A DNA stretch of 64,000 nt from the human T2T-CHM13v2.0 reference genome, Homo sapiens. This document shows positions 42,701 through 58,314 of the stretch, piece by piece; the first letter of the stretch is position 1; each line of letters begins with the position of its first letter. The stretch lies in NCBI RefSeq assembly GCF_009914755.1, contig NC_060925.1, one strand, 5' to 3'. The notes under the pieces are model-generated. The model was not told the origin of the DNA. It saw only the letters and a list, made by a program, of their open reading frames with translations, and did no database searches. Made by a program: the position numbers and the translations under genes.

Positions 42701-43947
42701 CGAATGGAATCAACATCAAATGGAATCAAATGGAATCATTGAACGGAATTGAATGGAATCGTCATCGAATGAATTGAATGCAATCATCGAATGGTCTCGA
42801 ATGGAATCATCTTCAAATGGAATGGAATGGAATCATCGCATAGAATCGAATGGAATTATCATCGAATGGAATCGAATGGAATCAACATCAAACGGAAAAA
42901 TACGGAATTATCGAATGGAATCGAAGAGAATCTTCGAACGGACCCGAATGGAATCATCTAATGGAATGGAATGGAATAATCCATGGACTCGAATGCAATC
43001 ATCATCGAATGGAATCGAATGGAATCATCGAATGGACTCGTATGGAATAACCATTGAACGGAATCGAATGGAATCGTCATCGGATGGAAATGAATGGAAT
43101 CATCATCGAATGGAATCGAATAGAATTATGGAATGAAATCCAGTGTGATCATCATCGAATGGACCCGAATGGAATCATCATCCAACGGAAGCTAATGGAA
43201 TCAACATCGAATGAATCGAATGGAAACACCATCGAATTGAAACGAATGGAATTACAATGAAATTGAAATGGATGGACTCATCATCGAATGGATTCCAATG
43301 GAATCATCGAATAAAATTGATTGAAATCATCATCGAATGGAATCGAATGGTATCATTGAATGGAATCGAATGGAATCATCATCAGATGGAAATGAATGGA
43401 ATCGTCATAGAATGGAATCGAATGGATTCATTGAATGGAATCAGATGGAATCATCGAATGGACTGGAATGGAATCATTGAATGGACTCGAAAGGGATCAT
43501 TATTGAATGGAATTGAATGGAATCATCGAATGGTCTCGATTGGAATCATTATCAAATGGAATCGAATGGAATCACCGAATAGAATCGAATGGAACAATCA
43601 TCGAATGGACTCAAATGGAATTATCCTCAAATGGAATCGAATGGAATTATCGAATGCAATCGAATGGAATTATCGAATGCAATCGAATAGAATCATCGAA
43701 TGGACTCGAATGGAATCATCGAATGGAATGGAATGGAACAGTCAATGAACTCGAATGGAATCATCATTGAATGGAATCGAATGGAATCATCGAGTGGAAT
43801 CGAATGGAATTATGATCAAATGGAATCGAATGTAATCATCATCAAATGGAATCAAAAATAACCATCATCAACTGGTATTGAATGGAATTCTCATCAAATG
43901 GAATTCAAAGGAATCATCATCAAATGGAACTGAATGGAATCCTCATT

Positions 43948-46191
43948 GAATGGAAATGAAAGGGGTCATCATCTAATGGAATCGCATGGAATCATCATCA
44001 AATGGAATCGAATGGAATCATCATCAAATGGAATCTGATGGAATCATTGAACAGAATTGAATGGAATCGTCATCGAATGAATTGAATGCAATCATCGAAT
44101 GGTCTCGAATGTAATCACATTCTAATGGAAAGGAATGGAATCATTGCATAGAATCGAATGGAATTAACATTGAATGGAATCGAATGGAATCAACATCAAA
44201 TGGAATCAAGCGGAATTATCGAATGAAATCGAAGAGAATCATCGAATGGACTCGAATGGAATCATCTAATGGAATGGAATGGAATAATCCACGGACCCGA
44301 ATGCAATCATCATCGTATAGAACCGAATGGAATCATCGAATGGACTCGAATGGAATAATCATTGAACGGAATCGAATGGAATCATCATCGGATGGAAACG
44401 AATGGAATCATCATCGAATGGAAATGAAAGGAGTCATCATCTAATGGAATTGCATGGAATCATCATAAAATGGAATCGAATGGAATCAACATCAAATGGA
44501 ATCAAATGGAATCATTGAACGGAATTGAATGGAATCATCATCGAATGAATTGAATGCAATCATCGAATGGTCTCGAATGCAATCATCTTCAAATGGAATG
44601 GAATGGAATCATCGCATAGAATCGAATGGAATTATCATCGAATGGAATCGAATGGTATCAACATCAAACGGAAAAAAACGGAATTATCGAATGGAATCGA
44701 AGAGAATCCTCGAACGGACCCGAATGGAATCATCTAATGGAATGGAATGGAATAATCCATGGAGTCGAATGCAATCATCATCGAATGGAATCGAATGGAA
44801 TCATCGAATGGACTCGAATGGAATAATCATTGAACGGAATCGAATGGAATCATCTTCGGATGTAAAAGAATGGAATCATCATGGAATGGAAGTGAGAGGA
44901 ATCATCATCTAATGGAATTGCATGTAATCATCATAAAATGGAATCGAATGGAATCAACATCAAATGGAATCAAATGAAATCATTGAACGGAATTGAATGG
45001 AATCGTCATCGAATGAATTGAATGAAATCATCGAATGGTCTCGAATGGAATCATCTTCAAATGGAATGGAATGGAATCATCGCATAGAATCGAATGGAAT
45101 TATCATCGAATGGAATCGAATGGAATCAACATCAAACGAAAAAAAACGGAATTATCGAATGGAATCGAAGAGAATCATCGAATGGACCCGAATGGAATCA
45201 TCTAATGGAATGGAATGGAATAATCCATGGACTCGAATGCAATCATCATCGAATGGAATCGAATGGAATCATCGAATGGACTCGAATGGAATAATCATTG
45301 AACGGAATCGAATGGAATCATCATCGGATGGAAATGAATGGAATGATCATCGAATGGAATCGAATAGAATTATGTAATGAAATCCAGTGTGATCATCATC
45401 GAATGGACCCGAATGGAATCATCATCCAACGGAAGCTAATGGAATCAACATCGAATGAATCGAATGGAAACACCATCGAATTGAAACGAATGGAATTATC
45501 ATGAAATTGAAATGGATGGACCCATCATCGAATGGATTCGAATGGAATCATCGAATAAAATTGATTGAAATCATCATCAAATGGAATCGAATGGTGTCAT
45601 TGAATGGGATCAAATGGAATCATCGTCAGGTGGAAATGAATGGAATCGTCATAGAATGGAATCGAATGGATTCATTGAATGGAATCAGATGGAATCATCG
45701 AATGGACTGGAATGGAATCATTGAATGGACTCGAATGGAATCATTATTGAATGGAATTGAATGGAATCATCGAATGGTCTCGATTGGAATCATTATCAAA
45801 TGGAATCGAATGGAATCACCGAATAGAATCGAATGGAACAATCATCGAATGGACTCAAATGGAATTATCCTCAAATGGAATCGAATGGAATTATCGAATG
45901 CAATCGAATGGAATTATCGAATGCAATCGAATAGAATCATCGAATGGACTCGAATGGAATCATCGAATGGAATGGAATGGAACAGTCAATGAACTCGAAT
46001 GGAATCATCATTGAATGGAATCGAATGGAATCATCGAGTGGAATCGAATGGAATTATGATCAAATGGAATCGAATGTAATCCTCATCAAATGGAATCAAA
46101 AATAACGATCATCAATTGGTATTGAATGGAATTGTCATCAAATGGAATTGAAAGGAATCATCATCAAATGGAACCGAATGGAATCCTCATT
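43948..46191 (+). repeat. Representative 2244-bp A-A-A-B unit with three distinguishable A subtypes
   Basis: A registers at 44061, 44529 and 44997, B at 45501, next A at 46305 (2244 bp). Confidence 0.9.
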
Positions 46192-47299
46192 GAATGGAAA
46201 TGAAAGTGGTCATCATCTAATGGAATCGCATGGAATCATCATCAAATGGAATCGAATGGAATCATCATGAAATGGAATCTAAGGGAGTCATTGAACAGAA
46301 TTGAATGGAATCGTCATCGAATGAATTGAATGCAATCATCGAATGGTCTCGAATGGAATCATCTTCAAATGGAAAGGAATGGAATCATCGCATAGAATCG
46401 AATGGAATTATCATCGAATGGAATCCAATGGTATCAACATCAAACGGAAAAAAACGGAATTATGGAATGGAATCGAAGAGAATCTTCGAACGGACCCGAA
46501 TGGAATCATCTAATGGAATGGAATGGAATAATCCATGGACTCGAATGCAATCATCATCAAATGGAATCGAATGGAATCATCGAATGGACTCGAATGGAAT
46601 AATCATTGAACGGAATCGAATGGAATCATCATCGGATGGAAACGAATGGAATCATCATCGAATGGAAATGAAAGGAGTCATCATCTAATGGAATTGCATG
46701 GAATCATCATAAAATGGAATCGAATGGAATCAACATCAAATGGAATCAAATGGAATCATTGAACGGAATTGAATGGAATCGTCATCGAATGAATTGAATG
46801 CAATCATCGAATGGTCTCGAATGGAATCATCTTCAAATGGAATGGAATGGAATCATCGCATAGAATCGAATGGAATTATCATCGAATGGAATCGAATGGA
46901 ATCAACATCAAACGGAAAAAAACGGAATTATCGAATGGAATCGAAGAGAATCATCGAATGGACCCGAATGGAATCATCTAATGGAATGGAATGGAATAAT
47001 CCATGGACTCGAATGGAATCATCATCGAATGGAATCGAATGGAATCATCGAATGGACTCGAATGGAATAATCATTGAACGGAATCGAATGGAATCGTCAT
47101 CGGATGGAAATGAATGGAATCATCATCGAATGGAATCGAATACAATTATGGAATGAAATCCAGTGTGATCATCATCGAATGGACCCGAATGGAATCATCA
47201 TCCAACGGAAGCTAATGGAATCAACATCGAATGAATCGAATGGAAACACCATCGAATTGAAACGAATGGAATTATCATGAAATTGAAATGGATGGACTC

Positions 47300-50200
47300 A
47301 TCATCGAATGGATTCGAATGGAATCATCGAATAAAATTGATTGAAATCATCATCAAATGGAATCGAATGGTATCATTGAATGGAATCGAATGGAATCATC
47401 ATCAGATGGAAATGAATGGAATCGTCATAGAATGGAATCGAATGGATTCATTGAATGGAATCAGATGGAATCATCGAATGGACTGGAATGGAATCATTGA
47501 ATGGACTCGAAAGGGATCATTATTGAATGGAATTGAATGGAATCATCGAATGGTCTCGATTGGAATCATTATCAAATGGAATCGAATGGAATCACCGAAT
47601 AGAATCGAATGGAACAATCATCGAATGGACTCAAATGGAATTATCCTCCAATGGAATCGAATGGAATTATCGAATGCAATCGAATGGAATTATCGAATGC
47701 AATCGAATAGAATCACCGAATGGACTCGAATGGAATCATCGAATGGAATGGAATGGAAAAGTCAATGAACACGAATGGAATCATCACTGAATGGAATCGA
47801 ATGGAATCATCGAGTGGAATCGAATGGAATTATGATCAAATGGAATCGAATGTAATCATCATCAAATGGAATCAAAAATAACCATCATCAATTGGTATTG
47901 AATGGAATTGTTATCAAATGGAATTCAAAGAAATCATCATCAAATGGAACTGAATGGAATCCTCATTGAATGGAAATGAAAGGGGTCATCATCTAATGGA
48001 ATAGCATGGAATAGTCATCAAATGGAATCGAATGAAATCATCATCAAATTGAATCTAATGGAAACATTGAACAGAATTGAATGGAATCGTCATCGAATGA
48101 ATTGAATGCAATCATCGAATGGTCTCGAATGGAATCATCTTCTAATGGAAAGGAATGGAATCATCGCATAGAATCGAATGGAATTAACATGGAATGGAAT
48201 CGAATGGAATCAACATCAAATGGAATCAAGCGGAATTATCGAATGAAATCGAAGAGAATCATCGAATGGACTCGAATGGAATCATCTAATGGAATGGAAT
48301 GGAATAATCCACGGACTCGAATGCAATCATCATCGTATAGAATCTAATGGAATCATCGAATGGACTCGAATGGAATAACCATTGAACGGAATCGAATGGA
48401 ATCATCATCGGATGGAAATGAAAGGAGTCATCATCTAATGGAATTGCATGGAATCATCATAAAATGGAATCGAATGGAATCATCATCAAATGGAATCAAA
48501 TGGAAGCATTGAACGGAATTGAATGGAATCGTCATCGAATGAATTGAATGCAATCATCGAATGGTCTCGAATGGAATCATCTTCAAATGGAATGGAATGG
48601 AATCATCGCATAGAATCGAATGGAATTATCATCGAATGGAATCGAATGGTATCAACATCAAACGGAAAAAAACGGAATTATCGAATGGAATCAAAGAGAA
48701 TCTTCGAATGGACCCGAATGGAATCATCTAATGGAATGGAATAATCCATGGACTCGAATGCAATCATCATCGAATGGAATCGAATGGAATCATCGAATGG
48801 ACTCGAATGGAATAATCATTGAACGGAATCGAATGGAATCATCATCGGATGGAAATGAAAGGAGTCATCATCTAATGGAATTGCATGGAATCATCATAAA
48901 ATGGAATCGAATGGAATCAACATCAAATGGAATCAAATGGAATCATTGAACGGAATTGAATGGAATCGTCATCGAATGAATTGAATGCAATCATCGAATG
49001 GTCTCGAATGGAATCATCTTCAAATGGAATGGAATGGAATCATCGCATAGAATCGAATGGAATTATCATCGAATGGAATCGAATGGAATCAACATCAAAC
49101 GGAAAAAAACGGAATTATCGAATGGAATCGAAGAGAATCATCGAATGGACCCGAATGGAATCATCTAATGGAATGGAATGGAATAATCCATGGACTCGAA
49201 TGCAATCATCATCGAATGGAATCGAATGGAATCATCGAATGGACTCGAATGGAATAATCATTGAACGGAATCGAATGGAATCATCATCGGATGGAAACGA
49301 ATGGAATCATCATCGAATGGAAATGAAAGGAGTCATCATCTAATGGAATTGCATGGAATCATCATAAAATGGAATCGAATGGAATCAACATCAAATGGAA
49401 TCAAATGGAATCATTGAACGGAATTGAATGGAATCGTCATCGAATGAATTGAATGCAATCATCGAATGGTCTCGAATGTAATCATCTTCAAATGGAATGG
49501 AATGGAATCATCGCATAGAATCGAATGGAATTATCATCGAATGGAATCGAATGGAATCAACATCAAACGGAAAAAAACGGAATTATCGAATGGAATCGAA
49601 GAGAATCATCGAATGGACCCGAATGGAATCATCTAATGGAATGGAATGGAATAATCCATGGACTCGAATGCAATCATCATCGAATGGAATCGAATGGAAT
49701 CATCGAATGGACTCGAATGGAATAATCATTGAACGGAATCCAATGGAATCATCATCGGATGGAAATGAATGGAATCATCATCGAATGGAATCGAATAGAA
49801 TTATGGAATGAAATCCAGTGTGATCATCATCGAATGGACCCGAATGGAATCATCATCCATCGGAAGCAAATGGAATCAACATCGAATGAATCGAATGGAA
49901 ACACCATCGAATTGAAACGAATGGAATTATCATGAAATTGAAATGGATAGACTCATCATCGAATGGATTCGAATGGAATCATCGAATAAAATTGATTGAA
50001 ATCATCATCAAATGGAATCGAATGGTATCATTGAATGGAATCGAATGGAATCATCATCAGATGGAAATGAGTGGAATCGTCATAGAATGGAATCGAATGG
50101 ATTCATTGAATGGAATCAGATGGAATCATCGAATGGACTGGAATGGAATCATTGAATGGACTCAAAAGGGATCATTATTGAATGGAATTGAATGGAATCA

Positions 50201-52300
50201 TCGAATGGTCTCGATTGGAATCATTATCAAATGGAATCGAATGGAATCACCGAATAGAATCGAATGGAACAATCATCGAATGGACTCAAATGGAATTATC
50301 CTCCAATGGAATCGAATGGAATTATCGAATGCAATCGAATGGAATTATCGAATGCAATCGAATAGAATCACCGAATGGACTCGAATTGAATCATCGAATG
50401 GAATGGAATGGAAAAGTCAATGAACACGAATGGAATCATCACTGAATGGAATCGAATGGAATCATCGAGTGGAATCGAATGGAATTATGATCAAATGGAA
50501 TCGAATGTAATCATCATCAAATGGAATCAAAAATAACCATCATCAATTGGTATTGAATGGAATTGTTATCAAATGGAATTCAAAGAAATCATCATCAAAT
50601 GGAACTGAATGGAATCCTCATTGAATGGAAATGAAAGGGGTCATCATCTAATGGAATAGCATGGAATAGTCATCAAATGGAATCGAATGAAATCATCATC
50701 AAATTGAATCTAATGGAAACATTGAACAGAATTGAATGGAATCGTCATCGAATGAATTGAATGCAATCATCGAATGGTCTCGAATGGAATCATCTTCTAA
50801 TGGAAAGGAATGGAATCATCGCATAGAATCGAATGGAATTAACATTGAATGGAATCGAATGGAATCAACATCAAGTGGAATCAAGCGGAATTATCGAATG
50901 AAATCGAAGAGAATCATCGAATGGACTCGAATGGAATCATCTAATGGAATGGAATGGAGTATTCCACGGACTCGAATGCAATCATCATCGTATAGAATCG
51001 AATGGAATCATCAAATGGACTCGAATGGAATAACCATTGAACGGAATCGAATGGAATCATCATCGGATGGAAACGAATGGAATCATCATCGAATGGAAAT
51101 GAAAGGAGTCATCATCTAATGGAATTGCATGGAATCATCATAAAATGGAATCGAATGGAATCATCATCAAATGGAATCAAATGGAAGCATTGAACGGAAT
51201 TGAATGGAATCGTCATCGAATGAATTGAATGCAATCATCGAATGGTCTCGAATGGAATCATCTTCAAATGGAATGGAATGGAATCATCGCATAGAATCGA
51301 ATGGAATTATCATCGAATGGAATCGAATGGTATCAACATCAAACGGAAAAAAACGGAATTATCGAATGGAATCAAAGAGAATCTTCGAATGGACCCGAAT
51401 GGAATCATCTAATGGAATGGAATGGAATAATCCATGGACTCGAATGCAATCATCATCGAATGGAATCGAATGGAATCATCAAATGGACTCGAATGGAATA
51501 ATCATTGAACGGAATCGAATGGAATCATCATCGGATGGAAATGAAAGGAGTCATCATCTAATGGAATTGCATGGAATCATCATAAAATGGAATCGAATGG
51601 AATCAACATCAAATGGAATCAAATGGAATCATTGAACGGAATTGAATGGAATCGTCATCGAATGAATTGAATGCAATCATCGAATGGTCTCGAATGGAAT
51701 CATCTTCAAATGGAACGGAATGGAATCATCGCATAGAATCGAATGGAATTATCATCGAATGGAATCGAATGGAATCAACATCAAACGGAAAAAAACGGAA
51801 TTATCGAATGGAATCGAAGAGAATCATCGAATGGACCCGAATGGAATCATCTAATGGAATGGAATGGAATAATCCATGGACTCGAATGCAATCATCATCG
51901 AATGGAATCGAATGGAATCATCGAATGGACTCGAATGGAATAATCATTGAACGGAATCGAATGGAATCATCATCGGATGGAAACGAATGGAATCATCATC
52001 GAATGGAAATGAAAGGAGTCATCATCTAATGGAATTGCATGGAATCATCATAAAATGGAATCGAATGGAATCAACATCAAATGGAATCAAATGGAATCAT
52101 TGAACGGAATTGAATGGAATCGTCATCGAATGAATTGAATGCAATCATCGAATGGTCTCGAATGGAATCATCTTCAAATGGAATGGAATGGAATCATCGC
52201 ATAGAATCGAATGGAATTATCATCGAATGGAATCGAATGGAATCAACATCAAACGGAAAAAAACGGAATTATCGAATGGAATCGAAGAGAATCATCGAAT
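47300..52300 (+). repeat. ~2.66-2.69-kb tandem duplication of a B-A4 unit
   Basis: Shared private variants include CCTCCAATGG, GGAAAAGTCAATGAACACG, ATAGCATGGAATAGTC (48001/50656) and GGAAGCATT. The offset is 2655, then 2681, then 2686 after 26-bp and 5-bp deletions in copy 1. Confidence 0.88.
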
Positions 52301-53450
52301 GGACCCGAATGGAATCATCTAATGGAATGGAATGGAATAATCCATGGACTCGAATGGAATCATCATCGAATGGAATCGAATGGAATCATCGAATGGACTC
52401 GAATGGAATAATCATTGAACGGAATCGAATGGAATCGTCATCGGATGGAAATGAATGGAATCATCATCGAATGGAATCGAATAGAATTATGGAATGAAAT
52501 CCAGTGTGATCATCATCGAATGGACCCGAATGGAATCATCATCCAACGGAAGCTAATGGAATCAACATCGAATGAATCGAATGGAAACACCATCGAATTG
52601 AAACGAATGGAATTACCATGAAATTGAAATGGATGGACTCATCATCGAATGGATTCGAATGGAATCATCGAATAAAATTGATTGAAATCATCATCGAATG
52701 GTATCGAATGGTATCATTGAATGGAATCGAATGGAATCATCATCAGATGGAAATGAATGGAATCGTCATAGAATGGAATCGAATGGATTCATTGAATGGA
52801 ATCAGATGGAATCATCGAATGGACTGGAATGGAATCATTGAATGGACTCGAAAGGGATCATTATTGAATGGAATTGAATGGAATCATCGAATGGTCTCGA
52901 TTGGAATCATTATCAAATGGAATCGAATGGAATCACCGAATAGAATCGAATGGAACAATCATCGAATGGACTCAAATGGAATTATCCTCAAATGGAATCG
53001 AATGGAATTATCGAATGCAATCGAATGGAATTATCGAATGCAATCGAATAGAATCATCGAATGGACTCGAATGGAATCATCGAATGGAATGGAATGGAAC
53101 AGTCAATGAACTCGAATGGAATCATCATTGAATGGAATCGAATGGAATCATCGAGTGGAATCGAATGGAATTATGATCAAATGGAATCGAATGTAATCAT
53201 CATCAAATGGAATCAAAAATAAACATCATCAATTGGTATTGAATGGAATTCTCATCAAATGGAATTCAAAGGAATCATCATCAAATGGAACTGAATGGAA
53301 TCCTCATTGAATGGAAATGAAAGGGATCATCATCTAATGGAATCGCATGGAATCATCATCAAATGGAATCGAATGGAATCATCATCAAATGGAATCTGAT
53401 GGAATCATTGAACAGAATTGAATGGAATCGTCATCGAATGAATTGAATGC

Positions 53451-53744
53451 AATCATCGAATGGTCTCGAATGTAATCACATTCTAATGGAAAGGAATGGA
53501 ATCATCGCATAGAATCGATTGGAATTAACATTGAATGGACTCGAATGGAATCAACATCAAACGGAATCAAGCGGAATTATCGAATGGAATCGAAGAGAAT
53601 CATCGAATGGTCTCGAATGGAATCATCTTCTAATGGAAAGGAATGGAATCATCGCATAGAATCGAATGGAATTAACATTGAATGGACTCGAATGGAATCA
53701 ACATCAAATGGAATCAAGCGGAATTATCGAATGAAATCGAAGAG
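53451..53744 (+). repeat. 147-bp internal tandem duplication in an A module (paralog of 1298-1589)
   Basis: AATCATCGAATGGTCTCGAATG occurs at 53451 and 53598. The A-to-A spacing is 615 bp. Confidence 0.9.
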
Positions 53745-56700
53745 AATCATCGAATGGACTCGAATGGAATCATCTAATGGAATGGAATGGAATAATCCAC
53801 GGACTCGTATGCAATCATCATCGTATAGAATCGAATGGAATCATCGAAAGGACACGAATGGAATAACCATTGAACGGAATCGAATGGAATCATCATCGGA
53901 TGGAAACGAATGGAATCATCATCGAATGGAAATGAAAGGAGTCATCATCTAATGGAATTGCATGGAATCATCATAAAATGGAATCGAATGGAATCATCAT
54001 CAAATGGAATCAAATGGAATCATTGAACGGAATTGAATGGAATCGTCATCGAATGAATTGAATGCAATCATCGAATGGTCTCGAATGGAATCATCTTCAA
54101 ATGGAATGGAATGGAATCATCGCATAGAATCGAATGGAATTATCATCGAATGGAATCGAATGGTATCAACATCAAACGGAAAAAAACGGAATTATCGAAT
54201 GGAATCAAAGAGAATCTTCGAACGGACCCGAATGGAATCATCTAATGGAATGGAATGGAATAATCCATGGACTCGAATGCAATCATCATCGAATGGAATC
54301 GAATGGAATCATTGAAAGGACTCGTATGGAATAATCATTGAACGGAATTGAATGGAATCATCATCGGATGGAAATGAATGGAATCATCATCGAATGGAAT
54401 CGAATAGAATTATGGAATGAAATCCAGTGTGATCATCATCGAATGGACCCGAATGGAATCATCATCCAACGGAAGCTAATGGAATCAACATCCAATGAAT
54501 CGAATGGAAACACCATCGAATTGAAACGAATGGAATTATCATGAAATTGAAATGGATGGACTCATCATCGAATGGATTCGAATGGAATCATCGAATAAAA
54601 TTGATTGAAATCATCATCGAATGGAATCGAATGGTATCATTGAATGGAATCGAATGGAATCATCATCAGATGGAAATGAATGGAATCGTCATAGAATGGA
54701 ATCGAATGGATTCATTGAATGGAATCAGATGGAATCATCGAATGGACTGGAATGGAATCATTGAATGGACTCGAAAGGGATCATTATTGAATGGAATTGA
54801 ATGGAATCATCGAATGGTGTCGATTGGAATCATTATCAAATGGAATCGAATGGAATCACCGAATAGAATCGAATGGAACAATCATCGAATGGACTCAAAT
54901 GGAATTATCCTCAAATAGAATCGAATGGAATTATCGAATGCAATCGAATGGAATTATCGAATGCAATCGAATAGAATCATCGAATGGACTCGAATGGAAT
55001 CATCGAATGGAATGGAATGGAACAGTCAATAAACTCGAATGGAATCATCATTGAATGGAATCGAATGGAATCATCGAGTGGAATCGAATGGAATTATGAT
55101 CAAATGGAATCGAATGTAATCATCATCAAATGGAATCAAAAATAACCATCATCAATTGGTATTGAATGGAATTGTCATCAAATGGAATTCAAAGGAATCA
55201 TCATCAAATGGAACCGAATGGAATCCTCATTGAATGGAAATGAAAGGGGTCATCATCTAATGGAATCGCATGGAATCATCATCAAATGGAATCGAATGGA
55301 ATCATCATCAAATGGAATCGAATGGAATCATTGAAAGAATTGAATGGAATCATCATCGAATGAATTGAATGCAATCATCGAATGGTCTCGAATGGAATCA
55401 TCTTCTAATGGAAAGGAATGGAATCATCGCATAGAATCGAATGGAATTATCATCGAATGGAATCGAATGGTATCAACACCAAACGGAAAAAAACGGAATT
55501 ATCGAATGGAATCGAAGAGAATCTTCTAACGGACCCGAATGGAATCATCTAATGGAATGGAATGGAATAATCCATGGAGTCGAATGCAATCATCATCGAA
55601 TGGAATCGAATGGAATCATCGAATGGACTCGAATGGAATAATCATTGAACGGAATCGAATGGAATCATCATCGGATGGAAACGAATGGAATCATCATCGA
55701 ATGGAAATGAAAGGAGTCATCATCTAATGGAATTGCATGGAATCATCATCAATTGGAATCGAATGGAATCAACATCAAATGGAATCAAATGGAATCATTG
55801 AACGGAATTGAATGGAATCGTCATCGAATGAATTGAATGCAATCATCGAATGGTCTCGAATGGAATCATCTTCAAATGGAATGGAATGGAATCATCGCAT
55901 AGAATCGAATGGAATTATCATCGAATGGAATCGAATGGAATCAACATCAAACGGAAAAAAACGGAATTATCGAATGGAATCGAAGAGAATCATCGAATGG
56001 ACCCGAATGGAATCATCTAATGGAATGGAATGGAATAATCCATGGACTCGAATGCAATCATCATCGAATGGAATCGAATGGAATCATCGAATGGACTCGA
56101 ATGGAATAATCATTGAACGGAATCGAATGGAATCATCATCGGATGGAAATGAATGGAATCATCATCGAATGGAATCGAATAGAATTATGGAATGAAATCC
56201 AGTGTGATCATCATCGAATGGACCCAAATGGAATCATCATCCAACGGAAGCTAATGGAATCAACATCGAATGAATCAAATGGAAACACCATCGAATTGAA
56301 ACGAATGGAATTACCATGAAATTGAAATGGATGGACACATCCTCAAATGGATTAGAGTGGAATCAACGAATAAAATTGATTGAAATCATCATCGAATGGA
56401 ATCGAATGGTATCATTGAATGGAATCGAATGGAATCATCATCAGATGGAAATGAAAGGAATCGTCATAGAATGGAATCGAATGGATTCATTGAATGGAAT
56501 CAGATGGAATCATTGAATGGACTGGAATGGAATCATTGAATGAACTCGAAAGGGATCATTATTGAATGGAATTGAATGGAATCATCGAATGGTCTCGATT
56601 GGAATCATTATCAAATGGAATCGAATGGAATCACCGAATAGAATCGAATGGAACAATCATTGAATGGACTCAAATGGAATTATCCTCAAATGGAATTGAA

Positions 56701-58314
56701 TGGAATTATCGAATGCAATCGAATGGAATTATCGAATGCAATCGAATAGAATCATCGAATGGACTCGAATGGAATCATCGAATGGAATGGAATGGAACAG
56801 TCAATGAACTCGAATGGAATCATCATTGAATGGAATCGAATGGAATCATCGAGTGGAATCGAATGTAATCATCATCAAATGGAATCAAAAATAACCATCA
56901 TCAAATGGAATCAAAAATAACCATCATCAATTGGTATTGAATGGAATTCTCATCAAATGGAGTTCAAAGGAATCATAATCAAATGGAACCGAATGGAATC
57001 CTCATTGAATGGAAATGAAAGGGGTCATCATCTAATGGAATCGCATGGAATCATCATAAAATGGAATCGAATGGAATCAACATCAAATGGAATCAAATGG
57101 AATATTTGAACGGAATTAAATGGAATCGTCATCGAATGAATTGAATGCAATCATCGAATGGTCTCGAATGGAATCATCTTCAAATGGAATGGAATGGAAT
57201 CATCGCATAGAATCGAAAGGAATTATCATCGAATGGAATCGAATGGAATCAACACCAAACGGAAAAAAACGGAATTATCTAATGGAATCGAAGAGAATCA
57301 TCGAATGGACCCGAATGGAATCATCTAATGGAATGGAATGGAATAATCCATGGACTCGAATGCAATCATCATCGAATGGAATCGAATGGAATCATCCAAT
57401 GGACTCGAATGGAATAATCATTGAACGGAATCGAATGGAATCATCATCGGATGGAAATGAATGGAATCATCATCGAATGGAATCGAATAGAATTATGGAA
57501 TGAAATCCAGTGTGATCATCATCGAATGAACCCGAATGGAATCATCATCCAACGGATGCTAATGGAATCAACATCGAATGAATCAAATGGAAACACCATC
57601 GAATTGAAACGAATGGAATTATCATGAAATTGAAATGGATGGACTCATCATCGAATGGATTCGAAAGGAATCATCGAATAAAATTGATTGAAATCATCAT
57701 CGAATGGAATCGAATGGTATCATTGAATGGAATCGAATGGAATCATCATCAGATGGAAATGAATGGAATCGTCATAGAATGGAATCGAATGGATTCATTG
57801 AATGCAATCAGATGGAATCATCGAATGGACTGGAATGGAATCATTGAATGGACTCGAAAGAGATCATGATTGAATGGAATTGAATAGAATCATCGAATGG
57901 TCTCGATTGGAATCATTATCAAATGGAATCGAATGGAATCACCGAATAGAATCGAATGGAACAATCATCGAATGGACTCAAATGGAATTATCCTCAAATG
58001 GAATCGAATGGAATTATCGAATGCAATCGAATGGAATTATCGAATGCAATCGAATAGAATCATCGAATGGACTCGAATGGAATCATCGAATGGAATGGAA
58101 TGGAACAGTCAATGAACTCGAATGGAATCATCATTGAATGGAATCGAATGGAATCATCGAGTGGAATCGAATGGAATTATGATCAAATGGAATCGAATGT
58201 AATCATCATCAAATGGAATCAAAAATAACCATCATCAATTGGTATTGAATGGAATTGTCATCAAATGGAATTCAAAGGAAACATCATCAAATGGAACCGA
58301 ATGGAATCCTCATT

